Source: an archaeon | GTDB taxonomy: Archaea > Iainarchaeota > Iainarchaeia > Iainarchaeales > JANQMZ01 | DNA length: 32,000 bases | Direction of reading: 5' to 3' | Assembly (NCBI GenBank): GCA_028279805.1 | Contig: JANQMZ010000007.1 | Location: forward strand, 90,001 to 122,000 | Part shown: positions 6,836-16,026 of the stretch, in pieces | Position numbering within the stretch: the stretch's first letter is position 1 | Layout of the letters: the number at the start of each line of letters is the position of its first letter | The notes under the pieces: model-generated | What the model saw: the letters and a program-made list of their open reading frames with translations, nothing else | Told to the model about the DNA's origin: nothing | The model's database searches: none | Program-made: the position numbers and the translations under genes

Positions 6836-8944
6836 TTTTCTTATCTGCTTTCTTACCTTGAATGCGGTTTCTGTTGCCTGTAATGCATCTTCAAGATTTT
6901 GTTCAATACTAATTTTTCCAAGCAATGCATTTTTCAAATCAATCAGTTCCTGGTAATGCCCTTTATCCTGGTTTGCAAGCCTTATTTCTTTTCTGTAAAA
7001 CCCGTCGTATAATTGTAATATTTTGTAGTCATGCATCTGCACGGTTTTTCCCTGCTTTGATGCTTCCATTCTTTCTTTTACAATTGATTCTGCTCCCAGA
7101 TTTGTGCATCTTAATGTTGCAACTGAACCGTTTTCATATTTTAATACTGTAACAACATTATCATCTGTTGCCTTTTCTTCAAGCATTCCCGCACCAAAAG
7201 CTTCAATTTGAACAGGCTTTGATTCTGTAAAATAACTAAATAAATCGTAATGATGAATCATTTCGCTTAAAACCCTGCCTCCGCCTATTTCGGAGTCATA
7301 AACCCAGTGTTTTGTGTCCTGTGGCAGAATATTCAGCTTATAGTCAATCATCCATGGTTTGTCATCAGAGCCAAAAAATTGTTTTATTTTTCTTGAAAAA
7401 GGAGCATATCTTTTATTCTGCCCGATCATGCATACAAGTTCAGAATGCCTGTTTTTTTCTTTAACAAATTTGTGAAACTCTTTTTCATTTAAAGAAACAG
7501 GTTTTTCAACAAAAACATGTTTTCCTTTTTTTAAAGCTTCAACTGCTATTTCAGTATGCATATCAGGGCGAGTTGCAATAAAAACCAAATCAACATTTTT
7601 GTTTTCTAACACATTTTTATAATCGGTTGTGGCTGTTCTTGCATTAAACTGTTTTGCTATTTCTTTTGAATTTTTTCCGTCAACATCCGCAACACTTTCA
7701 ACTGAAAAATTTTTAATATTAAAAATGTTGGAAGAATGAATCACTTTAAAAAAATGCCCCGGCCCGATCAAACCAATATTAATTTTTCCGCTTTTTGTTT
7801 TTTTTCTTTCACTTATTTTAACAGTAAAATCTTTTTTTTCCAGTTTTTTTTCACTATATTTAAACAAAACGGATAACGAATTTTTATCAGTCAGATTTTT
7901 GTAAGCTTTTTCAACATCTTTTAATGAAAAAATATTGCTTGTCAGACTTTTTACATTTATTTTTTTATCAGCAACAAGCTGTAAAAAAGACTCCATGTTT
8001 CTCTGGGCAGTCCATCTTACATAAGAAACAGGATAATCTGTTCCTTTCAGTTCATATTCCTGGTCATATCTTCCAGGGCCATAAGCTCTTGAACTTATAA
8101 TGTCAAGTTCTTTTGCATATGAAATGCCCCGGTCAATATCCAGCCCTACATGCCCTAAAACTATGATTTTTGCTTTTTTTCTTGCAATTTTTCCGGCCAA
8201 ATTTATGGGAGAATTTGTTTTTCCTGAAGCTGAAATTATAACGGAATCACATCCCATTTTTGTCAGCTTGTTAATTTTTTCTTCAATTCCTTTTTTTACT
8301 TCAAATCCTTTTGCTCCAAATTTTTCAGATAGCCTTACACGGTTTTTATCCAAATCAATTCCGATTACATTTATTCCTGAAGCTTTAAGTATTTGCACAG
8401 TTAATTGTCCCAGCAATCCCAAACCTATAACTGCAACAGTTTCCCCGATTTGTGTTTGTGAACGCCTTACTCCGTGCATTGCAATTGAGCCTACGGTTGC
8501 AAAAGCAGCTTCTTCAAATGAAACATTTTTAGGAATTTTTACAGCAAGATTTTTTGGCACGCACGCAAATTCTGAATGTGTTGCAAAACCAGCACCCCCG
8601 CATGCAACTTTATCCCCAACCGAAAATTCTTTAACATTTTTTCCGGTTTGCACAACAATTCCGGATGAACTGTATCCGAGATTTCCAAGCTGTTCAACCC
8701 TCCCTTGTATTTCTTTCAAAGTATAAGCAGGGCCAACTTTTTGTGCTTTTTTTAATATTGATGCAAGAGTTTTTGTTTTTGCTTTTTTTGAAATTTTTTC
8801 CTTTGAAGATTTAACAACGCTTAATTCTGTTCCTGAACTTATTAAAGAATTTTTATTTTGAACAAGAATAAAATTATCCGAACACTGGGGAACCGGCACA
8901 TCTTCAACTGTTATTTGTCCTCTTTTAACGAAAACTTGCTTCAT
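6827..8944 (-). CDS. Bi-domain oxidoreductase: zinc-type medium-chain dehydrogenase fused to Gfo/Idh/MocA oxidoreductase
   Basis: N-terminal VLVQ/VQNKNSLISSGTE, VKEFSVGDKVACGGAG, GETVAVIGLGLLGQLTVQILKASG; then INIGLIGPGHFFKVIHSSN, ATRPDMHTEIAVEALKKGKHVFVEKPVSL. Confidence 0.9.
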   Translation of the reverse strand: MKQVFVKRGQITVEDVPVPQCSDNFILVQNKNSLISSGTELSVVKSSKEKISKKAKTKTLASILKKAQKVGPAYTLKEIQGRVEQLGNLGYSSSGIVVQTGKNVKEFSVGDKVACGGAGFATHSEFACVPKNLAVKIPKNVSFEEAAFATVGSIAMHGVRRSQTQIGETVAVIGLGLLGQLTVQILKASGINVIGIDLDKNRVRLSEKFGAKGFEVKKGIEEKINKLTKMGCDSVIISASGKTNSPINLAGKIARKKAKIIVLGHVGLDIDRGISYAKELDIISSRAYGPGRYDQEYELKGTDYPVSYVRWTAQRNMESFLQLVADKKINVKSLTSNIFSLKDVEKAYKNLTDKNSLSVLFKYSEKKLEKKDFTVKISERKKTKSGKINIGLIGPGHFFKVIHSSNIFNIKNFSVESVADVDGKNSKEIAKQFNARTATTDYKNVLENKNVDLVFIATRPDMHTEIAVEALKKGKHVFVEKPVSLNEKEFHKFVKEKNRHSELVCMIGQNKRYAPFSRKIKQFFGSDDKPWMIDYKLNILPQDTKHWVYDSEIGGGRVLSEMIHHYDLFSYFTESKPVQIEAFGAGMLEEKATDDNVVTVLKYENGSVATLRCTNLGAESIVKERMEASKQGKTVQMHDYKILQLYDGFYRKEIRLANQDKGHYQELIDLKNALLGKISIEQNLEDALQATETAFKVRKQIRKLF

Positions 8945-8997
8945 TTTAACACAAACCTGAAATATTCTAAAAAACGTTTATAATAGCTTTTTTGGTA

Positions 8998-9900
8998 CTA
9001 TTTTCCACCTTTTAACATGATTCCCAGAAGCCTTGAAAACTTGAAAACAATTGACTGGCTTAAAATAAAAACAATCAGTGCGGGCCACATTTTAATATTT
9101 GCATTTTTGAAAATGTTCCTGTTAATAAAAAGTTTTCCCAATAAAAACAAGTCAGTTAAAATCCAGAAAAAAACATTTGCAAAACCAAGCAAAATTGTTG
9201 TGAAAAAAATTAAATCCAAAAAAATTGCTTTAGGATAACCATGTTTTTTGTAAAAAGAATTCATGTTAAAACCAAAATTCCATGCACGCTTTAAAACATT
9301 TGACAGCTGAGGCGGTTCAAAATGTTTCCATACTGCTTTGTCAGCGTAAGCAACGTGCCATTTAAATTTTTGCATTCTTTTGGATAAATCTACATCTTCA
9401 CCAAAGTCAAGTTTTTCATCAAAACCTTTTGTTTTTTCCAAAACTTTTCTTTTATACAACCAGCCGCTGAAAGGCCTATAATTCTGAAAAGCTGCTTTTC
9501 TTTCAAACTGTTTGCATTTTGTCCAGACCGAATCATTTTCATTTAACACTAACTGTTTTCCGATAACAGAACCAATATTTTCTTTTTCCAGTTTTTTTAA
9601 ACATTCTTTTAAAAAATTCCGGGAATAAACTGCGTCAATTTCCCCGAAAAAAACAATGTTTCCTTTTGATTTTTTCCAGCCCTGGTTTCTTGCATGACTC
9701 CTTCCAAAATGTTTTAATTCAAGCAGTTTTACCGGGTATTTTTTTACAAGTTCTTTTGTTCCATCTGTTGAGCCGTCATCTGCAACAATTATTTCATCAA
9801 ATTTTTTTGACTGTTTTAAAACCGAGTTTAAGCATTTTTCAACATGCATGTAATTGTTGTAAACAGGAATAACACATGAAACAAATTTTTTTTTATTCAT
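8998..9900 (-). CDS. Glycosyltransferase family 2 with C-terminal hydrophobic helices
   Basis: FVSCVIPVYNNYMHVEKCLNSVLKQSKKFDEIIVADDGSTDGT; two hydrophobic segments near the C-terminus. Confidence 0.9.
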   Translation of the reverse strand: MNKKKFVSCVIPVYNNYMHVEKCLNSVLKQSKKFDEIIVADDGSTDGTKELVKKYPVKLLELKHFGRSHARNQGWKKSKGNIVFFGEIDAVYSRNFLKECLKKLEKENIGSVIGKQLVLNENDSVWTKCKQFERKAAFQNYRPFSGWLYKRKVLEKTKGFDEKLDFGEDVDLSKRMQKFKWHVAYADKAVWKHFEPPQLSNVLKRAWNFGFNMNSFYKKHGYPKAIFLDLIFFTTILLGFANVFFWILTDLFLLGKLFINRNIFKNANIKMWPALIVFILSQSIVFKFSRLLGIMLKGGK

Positions 9901-10030
9901 TTAATATATTTTTTTACAAAAGTGTTCTTAAAGTTTTCAAGCGTTTTTGACGTTTGACCCAAAACCATTAAAAAAAGAAAAGAGAAGCTTAAAATAATTT
10001 TTTATGCTATTTATATTTTAGGCGGTTAAA

Positions 10031-10975
10031 ATGAATGTTTTGGTAACAGGCGGTGCAGGCTTTATCGGTTCGCATTTGTGTGAAAAACTTGTTAAACAAA
10101 ATGTAAACGTGTTCTGCCTTGACAATTTTAATAATTATTATGATCCTAACGTTAAAAGAAAAAACATTTCATCTTTGACAGGTAAAAAAAATTTTACCTT
10201 AATTGAAGGGGATATCAGGGACGAAAAATTGCTGGAAAAAATTTTTTCAGAAAATTCTTTTGAAAAAATCATTCATCTGGCTGCACGTGCAGGTGTAAGA
10301 CCGTCCATTGAACAGCCCTTATTGTATATTGATGTAAATATTTCAGGAACCGCAAATCTTTTGGAAAAAAGCGTTAAACACAAAATAAAACAGTTTGTTT
10401 TTGCCTCTTCTTCAAGTGTTTATGGTTTAAATCAAAAAACTCCTTTTTCTGAAAAAGATTCAACTGATAATCAGATTTCGCCTTACGCGGTTTCAAAAAA
10501 AGCAGGTGAACAATTATGCTATTATTATTCAAAAAATTTTTCTTTGCCAATAACATGCCTGCGTTTTTTCACTGTTTATGGTCCGAGGGGAAGGCCTGAC
10601 ATGGCTGTTTACAAGTTTGCCCGGAAAATAAATTCCGGTGAAAAAATTTCAGTATACGGTGATAATTCTGTTAAAAGAGATTTTACTTACATTGATGATA
10701 TTGTTAACGGCATTATAAAAGCATCTGAAAAAAATTTTTCTTTTGAAATAATTAATCTGGGCAACAATAATCCGGTGACTGTTTCAAAAATTATTGAATT
10801 AATTGAAAAAGAATTTGAAAAAAAAGCTTTAAAGGAACAAAAGCCTTTGCCTAAAGCGGATGTTCCGATTACTTTTGCCGATGTGTCCAAAGCCAAAAAA
10901 CTTTTAGGCTGGCAGCCTAAAATTTCAGTTGAGCAGGGAATAAAAAAATTTGCTGACTGGTTTAAGAATCAGTAA
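10031..10975 (+). CDS. NAD-dependent sugar epimerase (SDR), UDP-glucuronate 4-epimerase-like
   Basis: MNVLVTGGAGFIGSHLCEKL, NNYYDPNVKR, HLAARAGVRPSIEQP, SSSSVYG, SPYAVSKKAGE, RDFTYIDDIV. Confidence 0.85.
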   Translation: MNVLVTGGAGFIGSHLCEKLVKQNVNVFCLDNFNNYYDPNVKRKNISSLTGKKNFTLIEGDIRDEKLLEKIFSENSFEKIIHLAARAGVRPSIEQPLLYIDVNISGTANLLEKSVKHKIKQFVFASSSSVYGLNQKTPFSEKDSTDNQISPYAVSKKAGEQLCYYYSKNFSLPITCLRFFTVYGPRGRPDMAVYKFARKINSGEKISVYGDNSVKRDFTYIDDIVNGIIKASEKNFSFEIINLGNNNPVTVSKIIELIEKEFEKKALKEQKPLPKADVPITFADVSKAKKLLGWQPKISVEQGIKKFADWFKNQ

Positions 10976-11903
10976 CCTGTGTTTTAAACCATTCAATTGT
11001 TTTTGGCAACCCGTCTTCAATGCTTATTTTTGGTTCCCATTCCAGTTTTTCTTTTGCTTTGCTTATATCCGGTTTTCTTTTCAAAGGGTCATCTTCAGGC
11101 AAATCTTTGAACACAATGTTTGACTCTGATTTTGTTAATTCTTTTATTTTTTTGGCAAAATCCAGAATGCTTAATTCTTCGGGATTGCCCAAATTTACAG
11201 GTGAATGAACTCCGGAATGCATTAAAGAATATAATCCTTGAACCAGGTCGGAAACATAGCAAAAAGACCTAGTTTGAGAACCGTCACCATAAACCGTTAT
11301 ATCCTTGTTTTTTAATGCCTGTGTTGCAAAATTTGGCACAATTCTTCCATCATTTGTTCTCATTCTCGGGCCATAAGTGTTGAAAATTCTTGCAATCATT
11401 GCATCTGTTCTGAATTTTCTTCTGTAAACCATTATAAGTGCTTCTGCAAATCTTTTGCTTTCATCATAACATGCTCTTAATCCTACAGGATTAACATTGC
11501 CCCAGTATGTTTCTTTTTGAGGATGTTCTTTCGGGTCACCGTACACTTCTGATGTTGATGCAAACACAAACTTGGTTTGATTTTTTTTAGCATAATCCAG
11601 TAAATTTTTTGTGCCAAAAGAATTTGCAAGCATTGTTTCCAGAGGCATTTCCTGGTAATCAACAGGGGAAGCCGGGGAAGCCAAATGGTAAATCTGATCA
11701 ATTTTTTGTTTTAATTCCAGTGAGTTTGTTAAATCCTGTTCAATTAATTCAAAGTTTTCATTTTCATTTAAATGTTTTATGTTTTCTTTTGAACCTGTAA
11801 CAAAATTGTCCAGGCATAAAACTTTGTGTTCTTTTTCAAGCAAAAATTCGCACAAGTGTGAGCCTATAAAACCCGCGCCTCCTGCAACTAAAACTGTTTT
11901 CAT
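10962..11903 (-). CDS. UDP-glucuronate decarboxylase-like SDR (UDP-xylose synthase type)
   Basis: VLVAGGAGFIGSHLCEFLLE, HLASPASPVDYQ, STSEVYGDPKEHPQKETYWGNVNPVGLRACYDESKR, RIARIFNTYGPRM, DGSQTRSFCYVSDLV; the PVGxRACYDESKR motif is typical of UXS. Confidence 0.85.
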   Translation of the reverse strand: MKTVLVAGGAGFIGSHLCEFLLEKEHKVLCLDNFVTGSKENIKHLNENENFELIEQDLTNSLELKQKIDQIYHLASPASPVDYQEMPLETMLANSFGTKNLLDYAKKNQTKFVFASTSEVYGDPKEHPQKETYWGNVNPVGLRACYDESKRFAEALIMVYRRKFRTDAMIARIFNTYGPRMRTNDGRIVPNFATQALKNKDITVYGDGSQTRSFCYVSDLVQGLYSLMHSGVHSPVNLGNPEELSILDFAKKIKELTKSESNIVFKDLPEDDPLKRKPDISKAKEKLEWEPKISIEDGLPKTIEWFKTQVTDS

Positions 11904-12637
11904 TTTTTTTCACCCAAATATTCTCCTGCTTCTTTTAACTGTTCAAATGAGCCTATATCAAACCATTTCCCTTCACAAGAATAACCATACACATCAGTTT
12001 TTTTATGCAGCCATTCAATAAAGTAACCCGGATTGTCAGGTTTATTATTTTGATTCAAATAGGTTTTAAAAAGCTTAACATCTTTTTCAGGATACATATA
12101 AACAGCTGTTGAAGCCAGAGTGCTTTTCGGGTTTTCAGGTTTTTCCCAGAATCCTGTGACTATGTTTTTTTCATTCATTTCAATTATTCCAAGTTTTTTT
12201 GCTGTTTCCATTTTTTTCACATCATAAACTCCAACAATTGTTGAATTTTTTTGTTTAAAATATTCATACATTTTTTTTAAAGAAAATTCAAACAAATTGT
12301 CAGCGGAAATGTCCAGTAATTCTCCTTTAATTTTTTCTGTTTTAATTGCAAAATATTTATCACCGATTGCCCCTAACCTGTTTTCTTCCGAATCTGTTCC
12401 GTCATCCAAAATTTTTATTTTAAAATCATATTCCTGTTGTTCAGCCCATGCTTTAAAATTATGATAAAATTTTGAATTGCTTATAATAATAACCTCATTA
12501 ACAGGCAATTCCTTAACTCGGTCCAAAACCCTGTTAAGCATTGGTTTTCCGCCAATTTCAATTAATGCTTTTGGTTTGTTTTTTGTTAAAGGATATAATC
12601 TTGTTGCATAGCCTGCAGCCGGAATAATTGTTTTCAT
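11900..12637 (-). CDS. Sugar-1-phosphate nucleotidyltransferase
   Basis: MKTIIPAAGYATRLYPLTKNKPKALIEIGGKPMLNRVLD; 4-bp ATGA overlap with the downstream UXS-like gene. Confidence 0.85.
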   Translation of the reverse strand: MKTIIPAAGYATRLYPLTKNKPKALIEIGGKPMLNRVLDRVKELPVNEVIIISNSKFYHNFKAWAEQQEYDFKIKILDDGTDSEENRLGAIGDKYFAIKTEKIKGELLDISADNLFEFSLKKMYEYFKQKNSTIVGVYDVKKMETAKKLGIIEMNEKNIVTGFWEKPENPKSTLASTAVYMYPEKDVKLFKTYLNQNNKPDNPGYFIEWLHKKTDVYGYSCEGKWFDIGSFEQLKEAGEYLGEKK

Positions 12638-12657
12638 TTAAAAACACGGTTATATTT

Positions 12658-13602
12658 TTATTTTGATAAAATTTCTTTCACTTGTTTTGTCATTTCCAAT
12701 GCTTCTTCGTAAGGCCTTTGCCACATGTTTCTTCCGAAAATTAAACCGTCAACTCCGGCGTCAAAAGCAAGTTTTGCTTTGTTCAAAACATCTTCATCGC
12801 TTAATTTGCTTCCGCCACTAATCAATACGCCTGTATTTCCGGCAGCAGCAACAGCCCATTGAAGCATTTCCTGTTCTGTTAAATTTTTTTCCAGTTCTGT
12901 GTAAGCAGCATATTTTCCGTTGGGGTCATAATTTCCTTTTTTTGGAGCATTAATTTTTGCAATATCAGCACCTAACTCGTTTGCAACGCGTGCAGCATAA
13001 GCAACCATGCATAAGCTTCCCGCACCGCCTTTTTCTTCAACATATTTTCCGCGCGGATAAGCCCAGACAATTAAGGGTAATCCGTGTGTTTCACAATCCT
13101 GCCTTACTTTCATTAAAGTGTAAAAATCTTCCCATTGTCTTGGTGTTCCGACATATAATGTAAAGCCTACCGCATCTGCACCCATTAATTTTGCTTCCTT
13201 AACAGTTGCATTTAACGGGCTTAAAGCTTTATCTGCAGCCGGAATATCGGTTTTCCCGTTTAATTTTAAAACCAGTGGAACATCTTTTTTGTAATCACTT
13301 TTTGCCCAGTATTTTTTAGCCAGACCAATCTGAAAAACAATTCCTGAATAATCTCCTTCCTGTGCCAGTTTTAACTGAAATTCAGGGTCAATGCTCGGAG
13401 GATTTGTAAAAAAATCCACAGCCCCATGTTCCAGGCCCTGGTCTACAGGCAATAACAACAATTTTTCTTTTTTTAAGCCATGTTCTAACATTAATCTTTC
13501 CAAATGTGATTTTTTTTGTTCATTAATCTGAGGCAAATCCAGCGAAAATTTTTGTTCTCTTCCTTTTTTCAAATATTCTTTTATTTTTTCAACATTTTCC
13601 AT
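12658..13602 (-). CDS. Class I fructose-bisphosphate aldolase, archaeal/DhnA type; start refined to ATG 13602
   Basis: KEKLLLLPVDQGLEHGAVDFF, GADAVGFTLYVGT, HGLPLIVWAYPRG, ADIAKINAP, GVLISGG, FDAGVDGLIFGRNMWQR. SD AGGTG overlaps the stop of the upstream gene. Confidence 0.88.
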   Translation of the reverse strand: MENVEKIKEYLKKGREQKFSLDLPQINEQKKSHLERLMLEHGLKKEKLLLLPVDQGLEHGAVDFFTNPPSIDPEFQLKLAQEGDYSGIVFQIGLAKKYWAKSDYKKDVPLVLKLNGKTDIPAADKALSPLNATVKEAKLMGADAVGFTLYVGTPRQWEDFYTLMKVRQDCETHGLPLIVWAYPRGKYVEEKGGAGSLCMVAYAARVANELGADIAKINAPKKGNYDPNGKYAAYTELEKNLTEQEMLQWAVAAAGNTGVLISGGSKLSDEDVLNKAKLAFDAGVDGLIFGRNMWQRPYEEALEMTKQVKEILSK

Positions 13603-13614
13603 TTTTTTTTTCAC

Positions 13615-14586
13615 CTAAATTTTTGGAACCTTACCAGTAAAATGATGGTTTGTTTTTATGAACCTTTGCTCACCTGTCTTGCTCCTCAAAACAATTGAAT
13701 GAGTTTGAGCTCCAAAGCTTGTAAAATCAACTCCTTTTAATAAAGGACCTGAACTAACACCTGTTGCTGCAAAAATTGAAATCTTGCCTTTAACCATGTT
13801 GTCAATTGAAAGTTTTTTATTCAGTTTTTTTATTCCCATTTTTTTGGCTCTTTCTTTTTCATCCTCATTCCTAAATTTTAACCTGCCTTGTATTTCCCCG
13901 CCCAGGCATTTAATTGCGGATGCAGCCAAAACTCCTTCAGGTGCAGCCCCTATTCCAAGCAAAATATCAACATCTGATTCAGGCAGGCATGATGCAATTG
14001 CTCCTGACACATCTCCGTCATCAATAATCGTAATTCTGGCACCAACATTTCTTATTTCTTTTATTAATTTTTCATGCCTTGACCTGTTTAACAAAATAAC
14101 ATTAACATCTTCAACTTCAAGATTTTTGGCTTTTGCAACTTTTTCAATATTTTTTGAAACATCCCAGTCAAGGTTAATTTTTCCTTTTGATTCTGGGCCG
14201 ACTGCAATTTTATCCATGTATGTGTCAGGCGCATGCAACATTTTTCCTTTTGGTGATGCAGCCAAAACACTCATTGCATTTGGTTTTCCGAACGCAACAG
14301 AATTAGTGCATTCAAGCGGGTCAACCGCAATATCCAAATGCAAGCCTTTTTTCGTGCCAACTTTTTCTCCGATGTATAACATGGGAGCATTATCTCTTTC
14401 TCCCTCCCCGATAACAATTTTTCCATTAATGTCAAGATTGTTGAAAGCTTTTCTCATTATTTTTACCGCAGCATCATCTGCCTTGTGCTTGTTTCCTCGG
14501 CCGGTCCATCTTGCTGAAGCAATTGCAGCTGCTTCTGTTATTCTTACAAATTCCAGTGCTAAATTTCTGTCCAACCTGTACACCAA
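13615..14586 (-). CDS. glpX: Fructose-1,6-bisphosphatase class II (GlpX type)
   Basis: LALEFVRITEAAAIASARWTGRGNKHKADDAAVKIMR, GKIVIGEGERDNAPMLYIGEKVG, AVDPLECTN, GAAPEGVLAASAIKCLGGEIQGRL. Confidence 0.92.
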   Translation of the reverse strand: MVYRLDRNLALEFVRITEAAAIASARWTGRGNKHKADDAAVKIMRKAFNNLDINGKIVIGEGERDNAPMLYIGEKVGTKKGLHLDIAVDPLECTNSVAFGKPNAMSVLAASPKGKMLHAPDTYMDKIAVGPESKGKINLDWDVSKNIEKVAKAKNLEVEDVNVILLNRSRHEKLIKEIRNVGARITIIDDGDVSGAIASCLPESDVDILLGIGAAPEGVLAASAIKCLGGEIQGRLKFRNEDEKERAKKMGIKKLNKKLSIDNMVKGKISIFAATGVSSGPLLKGVDFTSFGAQTHSIVLRSKTGEQRFIKTNHHFTGKVPKI

Positions 14587-14622
14587 TCAATTTGGTTAAT
14601 TAAACAATTTTAAAATTAATGC

Positions 14623-15906
14623 TTATTTTCCGATTCCGGTATATTTAAAACCCATTTTTTCAAGTTTTTCCCTGCTGTAAATATTTCTGCCGTCAATTAT
14701 AATTGGCTGTTTTAACAATGTTTTAACACGTTTAAAATCAATTTCTTTAAAATCGTTCCATTCTGTTACAAGCATTAAAGCATCACAATCTTTAATTGCA
14801 TCATAAGCATTTTCGGCAAACTCAATTTTTTTTACAAGTTTTTCAGTGTTTTTCATTGCAATCGGGTCAAATGCTTTTACTTTTGCACCTTGTTCAATTA
14901 ATTCTTTTATTATGACAAGTGCAGGAGCTTCCCTCATATCATCTGTGTTTGGCTTAAAGGCAAGCCCGAGCAAGCCAATTGTTTTTCCTTTTAAGCTTCC
15001 AAGCATTTTTTTTGCTTTTTTTATTAAAACTTTTTTTTGTTCCATGTTAACATTTTCAACAGCTTCTGCAATTTTAAAATTATAATTTTGTCTTTTTCCA
15101 ACACTTATTAATTCTTTAACATCTTTTGGAAAACAACTCCCTCCATAACCTGCTCCTGCGTTTAAAAAATGCTCACCAATTCTTTCATCCAAACCCATTC
15201 CTTTTGCAACCATTGAAACATCCGCACCTACTTTGTCACAAAAATTTGCAACTTCATTAATGAATGAAATTTTTGTAGCAAGAAAAGTGTTGCTTGCATA
15301 TTTAATCAGTTCAGCGCTTTTAACATCTGTAAACAAAATTTCACAGTTTAAAGGTTTGTATAATTGTTCCATTGTTTCAGCTGCTTTTTTATCCGCATTG
15401 CCTATAACAACACGGTCAGGTTCCAAAAAATCTTTAATGGCGTTTCCTTCCCTTAAAAATTCAGGATTGCTTACAACATGAAATTTTTCACTGTAATGCT
15501 TTTTTACAATGTTTTCAACGAGATTTCCGGTTCCTACAGGAACAGTGCTTTTGTTTACAATTATTTTTTCATCATTCATTGCTTTTCCAATTTCTTCTGC
15601 AACCATTTCAACATATTTTAAATCAGCAGAGCCGTCTTTTTTGGACGGAGTTCCTACCGCTATAAAAACAACTTTTGATTTTTGAATACTTTTTTTCAAA
15701 TCGGTTGAAAATTTTAACCGGCCGGCTTTAACATTTTTTTCAATTAAACCTTTCAAACCGGGTTCGTATATTGGCACGCCTCCCTTGTTTAATAAGTCAA
15801 TTTTTTCGTTATTATTATCAATGCAAACAACATTGTTTCCTAGGTCTGCAAAACAAGTTCCTGCAACCAGTCCAACATAGCCTGTGCCCACAACCGCAAT
15901 ATTCAT
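14623..15906 (-). CDS. ugd: UDP-glucose 6-dehydrogenase; start refined to ATG 15906
   Basis: MNIAVVGTGYVGLVAGTCFADLGNNVVCIDNN, STVPVGTG, NPEFLREGNAIKDFLEPDRVVIG, LNAGAGYGGSCFPKDVKELI. Confidence 0.93.
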   Translation of the reverse strand: MNIAVVGTGYVGLVAGTCFADLGNNVVCIDNNNEKIDLLNKGGVPIYEPGLKGLIEKNVKAGRLKFSTDLKKSIQKSKVVFIAVGTPSKKDGSADLKYVEMVAEEIGKAMNDEKIIVNKSTVPVGTGNLVENIVKKHYSEKFHVVSNPEFLREGNAIKDFLEPDRVVIGNADKKAAETMEQLYKPLNCEILFTDVKSAELIKYASNTFLATKISFINEVANFCDKVGADVSMVAKGMGLDERIGEHFLNAGAGYGGSCFPKDVKELISVGKRQNYNFKIAEAVENVNMEQKKVLIKKAKKMLGSLKGKTIGLLGLAFKPNTDDMREAPALVIIKELIEQGAKVKAFDPIAMKNTEKLVKKIEFAENAYDAIKDCDALMLVTEWNDFKEIDFKRVKTLLKQPIIIDGRNIYSREKLEKMGFKYTGIGK

Positions 15907-16026
15907 TTTTTTCACTTTAAAACAAGTTTTATTATAAAATTTTGTTTCAGGTTAATATATAGTTTATTGGTACAAACTTTAATATTTCATTTTAACCAAA
16001 TTTGGCTTATTCTGAACAAATTTGAA

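Noticed and set aside
8100-8726. 208-aa open frame on the + strand
   Set aside because: Antisense to the conserved MDR domain of the bi-domain oxidoreductase. Composition is typical of a mirror frame.
9940-9957. Short direct repeat GCGTTTTTGA-CGTTTGA between divergent promoters
   Set aside because: Too short and degenerate to distinguish from AT-rich background. Not a CRISPR or iteron array.
13784-14599. 271-aa open frame on the + strand
   Set aside because: Exactly antisense to glpX, whose protein is strongly family-like. Low-complexity Ser/Ile/Leu/Pro-rich translation with no domain logic. Shadow ORF of biased codon use.
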